A DNA stretch of 64,000 nucleotides from Verrucomicrobiota bacterium (GTDB taxonomy: Bacteria; Verrucomicrobiota; Verrucomicrobiia; Limisphaerales; JADLHS01): contig JAKQDQ010000042.1 of assembly GCA_029573725.1 (NCBI GenBank), forward strand, positions 777 to 64,776, in the 5' to 3' direction. Shown in pieces: positions 40,150 through 47,233 of this stretch. Made by a program: the position numbers and the translations under genes. Under the pieces are notes generated by a model. It saw only the letters and a list, made by a program, of their open reading frames with translations, searched no databases and was not told the origin of the DNA. Numbering within the stretch: position 1 is the stretch's first letter; the number at the start of each line of letters is the position of its first letter.

Positions 40150-40731
40150 TCACAACTCCACCTGAATCCGCCCTTGCATCATCACCCCCGGACTCAGTTG
40201 GCCTTCCACGTAGTGATGCACGCGCAGCCAGATGAACGTGTCCACCGGCCATTCGCCTCCCTCGCCCGGACCATCCCACGACCCGTGCACGGCTGCATAC
40301 GCCGTCCCAATCGACGGCGTTAAATCACCCATCACCAGCGTTCCCGGCGTCATCACCGCGATGAAGCGCAGCCATCCATGCGCGTTCACCTCCTCCGCGC
40401 CCAACGGTCGCGTCGCCCACACCAACCACTTCACGCCCGGCCCAAAGTTGTCCTCCGCCCGAAAACCCACGAACCCGGCGTTCTCCGTAAACGGCCCGGC
40501 ATCGCGCAGCGATAAACCGCCATCCGACCACGTTGCCTCTCCGGGCAGCACCGCCGGATTCGCCGCGTCACCCGCGAGCGCCCGGTTGCGCAACACCCTC
40601 GTCATCGCCTTGCGCCCGCTCACGCGCCGCACCGTGCCATCAGCCAGCAGCACCGGATTGTTCTTCGCCCACGCGCTCCACGCCCGACGTTGCGTTTGCG
40701 TCAGGGACTTCCATTCCTTCGCCGCTTTCAT
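40150..40731 (-). CDS. hypothetical head-module protein
   Basis: The start MKAAKEW overlaps the portal stop (ATGA). 193 aa, no motif recognised. Confidence 0.45.
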   Translation of the reverse strand: MKAAKEWKSLTQTQRRAWSAWAKNNPVLLADGTVRRVSGRKAMTRVLRNRALAGDAANPAVLPGEATWSDGGLSLRDAGPFTENAGFVGFRAEDNFGPGVKWLVWATRPLGAEEVNAHGWLRFIAVMTPGTLVMGDLTPSIGTAYAAVHGSWDGPGEGGEWPVDTFIWLRVHHYVEGQLSPGVMMQGRIQVEL

Positions 40732-42218
40732 TGCGTTGCGTCTCCTTGTTCGCTTGCCATCGGCATTTGTTGACCGCGACAAACCAGTTGGTGCTCCTCC
40801 TCATTGGTGCGTCCCGGCGGCAACACTTCACCGCGCCGGAACAGCTCGCACATCGTCTCCCGGCTGATCGCCCCCGCCTGCCACGCGGCCACGACGGCCG
40901 TGATCTCATCACTCGACATCCCCTTCGTGCTGAAGTCCGAGTTGAGTTCCATCAACACGACGTCTTCACCAATTTCCTCAGGGCTTTCCTCGGTCGAGTT
41001 CCACCAATAAACCCAGCGCAACACGTGCGTCAGTGAATCACTCACACTCAACGACACCGCCGACAGCACCGAGTTTTCACCGCTTTGACGAAGTTCGATC
41101 GCATCGGCGGATTCGCCCACGCGCTTCTGTGCTTCGAGCATTCGCGTGCCAAGCACCGCCATGAGCCGTTCATCACGATCCATCGCCCGTTCAAACGTCG
41201 TCAGCCCTTGGCCCGTGAACTCCAGGAAACCAGCCGTCGCACCGGGAGTTTCCGCCACCCACGCAGTGCTTGAGCCGATTCGCAGCGTCGCCGACTTGTC
41301 GAACCCGCTCACCCAGGCCGTCGGCAGTGCGGTAAAATGCAGGCCATGCTTGTAGTCGGCATTCAGCCGATAGTGATCCAGATTCACCGCGATGATGTCC
41401 GCCAGCGGCAGTTTATCCACGCATGGCTGGCAGTTACGCGGACCATGAAACACGAACGGAATCAGTGGCAGCGGTTTCCCCAGGCGAAGCGGAATCCGGG
41501 TTTCGACTTTGACCCATTCGGGTTTGCTGCGCTTGGACTTCGACTCCTGGCGCTGCCAGATTTCCACCTGATAAAACCATCCGGTATTCTTTTCGTCAGA
41601 ACTTTTGGCTCCCTTCACGAGTCGCAACACCCGGAGTTGTTCCACTTCCTTGACGACGAAAGGATCCTCCTGACTCTGCCCCGTCTCACTCAGGACGAGC
41701 AGGGTCAGAACATTCCGACCATTCACCCGTTCCGTACGCCAGTTGATGATTTGTTCCACTTGGTAGAGTACGGCATAGGCGCGACGTTCCACGTCACCTT
41801 CCCAATCCACGAGTGTCCCGGCCCGACCCACCGTGATGACCTCACTGACGATGTTCTTCGCGTAGGATTCCAGCGGCGTGCCGAGCATGTCGGCATCATC
41901 CCGGAATCCCGCGAGTGCCTTGCCCACACCGGACTGGTCGTCCGGCAATTTCACGGCGGACTCGCGCCGGAAGATCAAACCCACGAAACCATCCACCGTG
42001 CGGGCCGTGGCATTGAAGAAGGAAGCACGGGATTTGTAGGCGGCATATTCGGTTTCGGATTGCGAGTCGAGGCGCGGCAGATACCGGGTGCCGGCGGCCT
42101 TCACCGCGTCCTCGCCCGCAAAAACATCCCGCGCCCGCAACCACGCGGCGGCGTTGGCATCGTAATCAGGATGGGTCGAGTTGACCGGCACGCGCGCACC
42201 GTAGCACGTCATTTTCAC
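40728..42218 (-). CDS. phage portal protein (DUF4055-like)
   Basis: 496 aa. The N-terminal pattern HPDYDANAAAWLRARDVFAGEDAVKAAGTRYLPRL...EYAAYKSRA is typical of DUF4055-type portals. Confidence 0.8.
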   Translation of the reverse strand: MKMTCYGARVPVNSTHPDYDANAAAWLRARDVFAGEDAVKAAGTRYLPRLDSQSETEYAAYKSRASFFNATARTVDGFVGLIFRRESAVKLPDDQSGVGKALAGFRDDADMLGTPLESYAKNIVSEVITVGRAGTLVDWEGDVERRAYAVLYQVEQIINWRTERVNGRNVLTLLVLSETGQSQEDPFVVKEVEQLRVLRLVKGAKSSDEKNTGWFYQVEIWQRQESKSKRSKPEWVKVETRIPLRLGKPLPLIPFVFHGPRNCQPCVDKLPLADIIAVNLDHYRLNADYKHGLHFTALPTAWVSGFDKSATLRIGSSTAWVAETPGATAGFLEFTGQGLTTFERAMDRDERLMAVLGTRMLEAQKRVGESADAIELRQSGENSVLSAVSLSVSDSLTHVLRWVYWWNSTEESPEEIGEDVVLMELNSDFSTKGMSSDEITAVVAAWQAGAISRETMCELFRRGEVLPPGRTNEEEHQLVCRGQQMPMASEQGDATQ

Positions 42219-42404
42219 GGCTCACCCGCATGTCATCTGCGCCTCACGAACCATCACGAACCCCACCCCTCTTGCCACGAACACACCCGAACTATTTTTT
42301 GTGGATTCCCCCTTGACGGTTTTCACAACCACGACGCGACACAACTTGCGAACGCCGCAATGTCCGTTGGCGGGCAGCGGCGTTCTCCCGTGTCTCCACT
42401 CCGT

Positions 42405-42599
42405 AGCTCTCGATGTGGTGTGTGTGTCAGCTCCGCACAGGCCGCGTAGATGGACGGCGAATGCATCTGCCGCGCCAGCCTGCCGCAGGCGCAACACAGG
42501 CTGTCACGGCAGATGCTTCGCCGGAGGAATTGAATGCGCTGTCGCGCAGCGCGACCCGTGCTCCGCAATGGTGATGACACACACACCACATCGAGAGCT
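42405..42599. repeat. 195-bp inverted-repeat element with perfect 25-bp arms (IR1)
   Basis: AGCTCTCGATGTGGTGTGTGTGTCA (42405-42429) is the exact reverse complement of 42575-42599. The 145-nt interior contains further nested stems, for example GGCGAATGCATCTGCCG / CGGCAGATGCTTCGCC and CAGCCTG / CAGGCTG. Confidence 0.85.
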
Positions 42600-42813
42600 G
42601 CTACGTTACGTTCGCAGTCACTGGCTGCGCTGGCAGGGCAGCATTGCCAGCTTCTATTTCCAGCGCGTCACCCAGCCCGTCCAGTTCTGGGTCGCGTGCG
42701 GGCGTCCACCCCAGTTCGCGCCCCGCATCCCGTGGTGGCAGCCGTTCGTCTGGCAGTATCTCGTCATCACTGGCTGGGTGCGGCCATCGCGCCAGCCACC
42801 TTGGGCAGCGTGA
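42568..42813 (+). CDS. hypothetical Trp-rich small protein (weak call)
   Basis: 81-aa frame (MVMTHTPHRELLRYVRSHWLRWQG...) with very high third-position GC, better than the antisense ORF 42601..42861. Its ATG lies at the inner edge of the right arm of IR1. Confidence 0.25.
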   Translation: MVMTHTPHRELLRYVRSHWLRWQGSIASFYFQRVTQPVQFWVACGRPPQFAPRIPWWQPFVWQYLVITGWVRPSRQPPWAA

Positions 42814-42901
42814 GCCGCTTCGTGGCTCACCGTCGCCGTGAACGATATCCACCTTGAGCATGGCGTAAGAACGGAAGTTTTGGCACGCTGCGGATTGAGC
42901 C

Positions 42902-43453
42902 ATGTGCACCGATTACGAAGGCCCAAAGCCGGAACAAAAAGCAGAGATCGAGCGTAAAATCCGATGTGAGGTTTTCGGCTTTGTCCCGCGTGCCCGTGTT
43001 CGCCCCACTGACCCGGCGCCAATCATCATTCCGGTGGAAGATTCTTTGGCCTGCTCCGAAATGCGGTGGGGCTGGACTGTGCCGTGGGACAAAGCACCAT
43101 TGGTCAACGCCAAGAGTGAAACCCTCACCACGCTTGCCACGTTCAAGCCCCACTTGGATCAGCGCTGTCTGATTCTCGCCCGCAGTTTCAAAGAAGGCGG
43201 CGCGCAATTTCACCAATCCGGATGGGGCGTGTTCTGTCTGGCCGGTCTCTGGCGCGAGGAATCCAGCGGCCCGCGCTTCGTCATGCTCACCACCACACCC
43301 AGCGAATCCGTCGCCCCCTTTCACAATCGGATGCCGTTTCTGCTCCGGGAAGAACAATTCCCCGACTGGTTGCGCGGCGATTACCTCAAAGTGCTGGCCG
43401 CACCGGACAAGTCGCCGCTGGAGAAATTCCAGAAGCAGCCCGAATTGTTTTAG
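42902..43453 (+). CDS. SOS response-associated peptidase (SRAP/YedK family)
   Basis: It starts with MC (the catalytic Cys2) and has the conserved NAKSET and HNRMPFLL motifs. 183 aa. It is on the strand opposite to the structural genes. Confidence 0.8.
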   Translation: MCTDYEGPKPEQKAEIERKIRCEVFGFVPRARVRPTDPAPIIIPVEDSLACSEMRWGWTVPWDKAPLVNAKSETLTTLATFKPHLDQRCLILARSFKEGGAQFHQSGWGVFCLAGLWREESSGPRFVMLTTTPSESVAPFHNRMPFLLREEQFPDWLRGDYLKVLAAPDKSPLEKFQKQPELF

Positions 43454-43513
43454 TTCACTCGCGCCGTCCCGCTTTTCAAGCAGTCGAGACCGGTGAACAC
43501 CAATCGTCCTTCG

Positions 43514-43726
43514 TCACCATCGTCGTTTTGGACCAACGTAGATCGCGTTACACCGACAACGCGCCTGGAATGCTTTTGGAATCGGCGACCGCATCTTGAT
43601 CTCGGCCACGACACGGCATTGTTGGCAAATCAGCAACGCCACGAAATCTTCGGATTCGTAACCGACACTGACCTTCACGCGGGAAGTTTCACACGCAGCC
43701 ACGTAAACTCGTTCTTCGCTGGCCAT
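43514..43726 (-). CDS. small zinc-ribbon-like hypothetical protein
   Basis: 70 aa with a non-degenerate composition and CQQC...CRC cysteine pairs. Its third-position GC is lower than the host's. Confidence 0.35.
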   Translation of the reverse strand: MASEERVYVAACETSRVKVSVGYESEDFVALLICQQCRVVAEIKMRSPIPKAFQARCRCNAIYVGPKRRW

Positions 43727-44742
43727 TTCAACGCGCCGGGTATTCGGTCGCCCTCGAAAGACAAAATTGGCCCGCTGCGCTCGAAGGGAAATTAGTTCGC
43801 GCTACATGGCTCGCCGGTGCGGCTCGCACTTCGCGTGCTCAACCACCACGAGGCGCGCAACCATTCACGGTTTCCATGTGCGAACGTCACGCTCGCGGCC
43901 CTTTCGCTCCAGCGCCCACGCATCGAACGCCGCAGGTTGTCGAACGTCGGTCGTGCATTCCAACCGTTCAGGTTGGCGGATGTTTTAGGCGCGCTGTCAG
44001 GCATGGGGATGGAATGACGCCGGCTCGTCGCTTCGCTCCTCGAATTGCAAGGTGGCCCGTGCGGCACGCACCAGCCTGGCTTCACAGAGCGGACACTTGC
44101 GCTTCGGCGCGGCTGCCCCGCTTCGCAGTTCAGCCGACCTCGCGCCAGGTGACGCGGTTCGGGCAGGCGCTGGCCGCCAGATGATCCTCACCGCTTCCGC
44201 ACTGTTCCGCCCGCGCCACTGGCCGGACTCGTCAGCTTTCCGCCCGCTCCATTCGCTGCCGCACTCCGCTTCGCCGACTTCGCTGGATGCTCTCGCTCAT
44301 TCCGACGGCCGCAAACTGCCGAGACCGGCACGGACAGCGGTGCTCCCAAAAACGCAAGACGCCGAAGGCCGCGATGCTCCGCATGTCGCCCAGGACAAGA
44401 CCACCGGAATAGCCGTGAGCCCGCCCAGCTTTCGCTGGCGCGAAACTGGCCGGACTCACTGATGGTGGCCATCCGCAAGGATGTCTGAGACTTCGTCGTC
44501 AGGCTGCGGTCCTGCTACCGATCCACACCCTGATCCCCTGGTGGCCGTCCGCAAGGACCTCCGCTCTGCCGTCGAAGACTCAGAATGGTTGGCTTCGCGT
44601 TGGCGCGACTGCGCCCGGTGGCCGGTGACGCTGTCACCCGGCAGACCCGGCCAAAGGCATCGGCTCGCGGCGGATTGGCACGAACGACCGGCGAGGCTTA
44701 CGGTGCTCGTTCCTGCGCGCCTGTGGCCTCGCCTTGCGTACC

Positions 44743-44886
44743 GGGGCGACACACAACACATATTGTGCGTTCGTTCCCTCGTGCCTCGGTCACACCTTTA
44801 TTCCTGATCGCACCGACACTCCTCACTCGTGAGCCGCTTCGGTGCGGGAATAAAGGGTCGCACAATATGGCGTTGTGTGTAGCCCC
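44743..44886. repeat. 144-bp nested imperfect inverted repeat (IR2)
   Basis: GGGGCGACACACAACACATATTGTGCG (44743-44769) pairs with CGCACAATATGGCGTTGTGTGTAGCCCC (44859-44886). Inner stems are ACCTTTATTCC/GGAATAAAGGGT, CGCACCGA/TCGGTGCG and CTCAC/GTGAG. Confidence 0.8.
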
Positions 44887-45370
44887 GCTGCTTCACTGTC
44901 ACGCTGATTGCTTCCTGGATTCCCCATCCGGCACGCGACTGCCCTCGTCGCGTGGCAATCACCGCGCCAGCTCGCAGGCATCCTTCGCGCCAACACCGCC
45001 GCTCCGCATGATGGCCAGTGCGGCACGCACCAGCCGGGTCTGCTTGCCCCAATAGCTCGCCGGTACGGCTCGCACCCCCACCCAACCCCAATGCTCGACC
45101 CCTTCCGTCCCCAAGGGGTCGTCGCGCGCAAAGTAGTTTGCTCGCTTCGCTGGTTGGATCGCGTGGCTGCAGGATGCAACCACGCGCCAATGGAAGGCCG
45201 GACTCCGGCTTTTCAGGTCCGGCTTTTTCTGCTCCGCGTTTCTCTCCATCGCCCTCCCGGCCTCGCCGCAAGACCAGCCCGCCCACTCGTGGCGACCTTC
45301 TGAAGACCACTTCCACGGGGGAGGGCTGGCGGCTCGGCGTTGTCGTGAAGGGCGACGGACAGAAGACGCA

Positions 45371-45949
45371 ATGCAGAGCAGAAAAAAAAAGACCATGAAA
45401 ACAAATAAACAAAACTATGAAGGGGCTCGGGAGCAGATCCGCAATACTCAGCAGACCAACACCAGCACAGTTCGACAAGAAGTTGATGCAGTGGTGGCCA
45501 AGTTTTCCACCCCGACCGGTGGAGACGTGACCGCGCAGGACATCGCGGAGCAGAAAGCCCGTGATGCGAAGCAAGCCAAGGTTGATAATCGCTTGCCGAT
45601 TGATTCCCAGGCACGGAAGCAGAACCGGACGCTTCCGACCCCGAAGGTGTTGAACCTTTTGTTGACCACGTTGCCGGACGTTTACCGCGCCGCCGAGGTT
45701 GTCGGGAAATGGGTTTGGGTGACGTTCAAGGAGCAACCCGCCGCCGAGATTCGGCAGCACTTGGCCCAGCTTGGCTTCCACTGGAATCGTGAGCGGCAGA
45801 CATGGCAGCACCCCTGCGGCCAGTTCCGCTTGAGCAGCAACAACGACCCGCACGAGAAGTATTCCAGTTACTACCCCGCCCGGATTCGTCGCAGCACCAA
45901 AGCACAGACCCCGGAGATGATGGCCAGTGGCGCTGCCACCGCCGCGTGA
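45371..45949 (+). CDS. hypothetical protein (phage/plasmid accessory type)
   Basis: 192 aa. The C-terminal segment VGKWVWVTFKEQPAAEIRQHLAQLGFHWNRERQTWQH resembles a small domain I have seen on plasmid/phage accessory proteins. An alternative start is at 45395. Confidence 0.5.
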   Translation: MQSRKKKTMKTNKQNYEGAREQIRNTQQTNTSTVRQEVDAVVAKFSTPTGGDVTAQDIAEQKARDAKQAKVDNRLPIDSQARKQNRTLPTPKVLNLLLTTLPDVYRAAEVVGKWVWVTFKEQPAAEIRQHLAQLGFHWNRERQTWQHPCGQFRLSSNNDPHEKYSSYYPARIRRSTKAQTPEMMASGAATAA

Positions 45950-45993
45950 TTCAACCGGGGCGGGCAGCACCCGCCCCCAACTCTCCCAAGATT

Positions 45994-46209
45994 ATGACGA
46001 ACTCCTACACCCTCCGAGCCGGTGACCTTGTCGAGTATGCCGGCCAGCCGTGCCGCGTGGTTCGCGTGAGCGAATCCGCCGCCCTTGTCGCCGTGATTCA
46101 AAAGCCGCGCACCATCACCCCGCGCTTTGGCAAGCCGGTGACCATTCAACCACGCCCCAAGCTGGAGCGCATTTCCCCAAACTCCGAAATCCCCATCCTT
46201 AACCGCTAA
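45994..46209 (+). CDS. small hypothetical protein
   Basis: 71 aa (MTNSYTLRAGDLVEYAGQPCRVVRV...), SH3/KOW-like beta pattern, tightly spaced with its neighbours. Confidence 0.4.
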   Translation: MTNSYTLRAGDLVEYAGQPCRVVRVSESAALVAVIQKPRTITPRFGKPVTIQPRPKLERISPNSEIPILNR

Positions 46210-46213
46210 CACT

Positions 46214-46675
46214 ATGAACCAAGACCAGAATATCAATCCAGAGGAAGCGCTCCGCGCCGTTTTCGGCGAACCGCAGCAGATCGCCGACGGCATCACCGCG
46301 TTCGGCCCGGTCGTTTACAGTTACACCCGCGCGCAGGCCGTCGCCGACGGCGTGCAAGTCGAAGTCACCAAGACCGCGCAGGAAGCCGGAATCCGCTTCC
46401 CGGTTTTTCTCACCCGCACCGTATTCGACGCCTACGTTGCCGTGCCGCCCGACGTGACCGGCCAAGACGAAGCCGGGCGACTCTGGGACATCGTCTGGAT
46501 GTTGCGCTTTGCCATCCAGCGCACCAGCCGCGGAGTTGCGCGCCTGCCGTTCGCGCTCTACGTGCGCAACGACAACCGCGCCGCCAAGCTCATCAAGTTG
46601 GTCGCCGTCGCTGGCCCGCTCGACATTGACGACCCATCGCCCGCCATCACCGTGATGTTGCCGGACGAAGATTGA
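46214..46675 (+). CDS. hypothetical protein (possibly DUF6573-like plasmid/phage accessory protein)
   Basis: 153 aa with a clean, non-degenerate sequence. The family assignment is from memory only. Confidence 0.5.
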   Translation: MNQDQNINPEEALRAVFGEPQQIADGITAFGPVVYSYTRAQAVADGVQVEVTKTAQEAGIRFPVFLTRTVFDAYVAVPPDVTGQDEAGRLWDIVWMLRFAIQRTSRGVARLPFALYVRNDNRAAKLIKLVAVAGPLDIDDPSPAITVMLPDED

Positions 46676-46721
46676 AACCACCACAGGCCGCGCTCCGCTC
46701 CGGGGCGCGGCCCTTTGACCT

Positions 46722-47057
46722 ATGACTTCCCAATCATTTCTTGGATTCGAGCAGCAGACCCGCGACGCCGAACTCGCCGCCGCCAATGCCAAGCTACAGG
46801 CCAAGCTCGCGGAGCAGGCCCAACGCGCCATCCGCAAGCGACAGGAGGAAATGGCCAAGAACACCCGCCGATGGAAGCGCGAGGAAGCCACGCGCAAGCG
46901 GAACGACATCCTCGTTGCTCAGTGCGGCATCAATTGGTATTCGCGCCGCCGCGATGCGGGCATCTACTGGACGCACTGCAAGACTTGCGGCCAGTTGCTC
47001 CACTACACCGACGACAAAAACGCGAAGCCCCAAGTTTGCGCCGGTCGCAAATCGTAG
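46722..47057 (+). CDS. coiled-coil + zinc-ribbon hypothetical protein
   Basis: 111 aa with a charged helical N-terminus and C-terminal C..W...HCKTCG...C cysteines. Confidence 0.45.
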   Translation: MTSQSFLGFEQQTRDAELAAANAKLQAKLAEQAQRAIRKRQEEMAKNTRRWKREEATRKRNDILVAQCGINWYSRRRDAGIYWTHCKTCGQLLHYTDDKNAKPQVCAGRKS

Positions 47058-47132
47058 CCCCCCCATATTTTCCAGCCTGCCGCGATGACACCCTCGCGGC
47101 TGGAGGCAGGTGCGGCTCGCACAAAAATTTTT

Positions 47133-47172
47133 CGCCTGACGGCTCGCGCTCGTCAGGCGAATCCATTTTTTC
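47133..47172. terminator. bidirectional rho-independent terminator between the plus-strand island and terL
   Basis: CGCCTGACG (47133-47141) pairs with CGTCAGGCG (47151-47159). ATTTTTT follows on the plus strand and AAAAATTTTT precedes it, which gives a T-run on the minus strand. Confidence 0.55.
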
Positions 47173-47233
47173 GGCTGGGTCTTGCGCCGACCCAGACCCG
47201 CGCCAAAGGGTGGCAACCCTCTGGGCACTGTGC

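Noticed and set aside
42601-42861. 86-aa minus-strand ORF (MLKVDIVHGDGEPRSG...) divergent from the SRAP gene.
   Set aside because: Its third-position GC is clearly lower than that of the overlapping plus-strand frame, and the translation is Pro/Arg/Asp-rich without motifs. It was not reported as a feature, although it cannot be excluded.
44464-44557. The direct repeat GGTGGCCRTCCGCAAGGA (two copies 76 bp apart), considered as a possible CRISPR-like array.
   Set aside because: There are only two copies, no regular repeat-spacer periodicity and no cas genes. I treat it as part of the structured or repetitive non-coding region instead.
42405-44886. IR1 and IR2 read as integron attC sites, or as retron msr/msd inverted repeats.
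   Set aside because: There are no GTTRRRY/RYYYAAC core sites at the hairpin bases and no integron integrase. There is no reverse transcriptase gene anywhere in the window.
44798-45970. 390-aa minus-strand ORF spanning IR2 and the 45371 gene.
   Set aside because: It is a low-complexity Gly/Arg/Pro-rich translation that runs antisense to a better plus-strand ORF and through the non-coding hairpin region.
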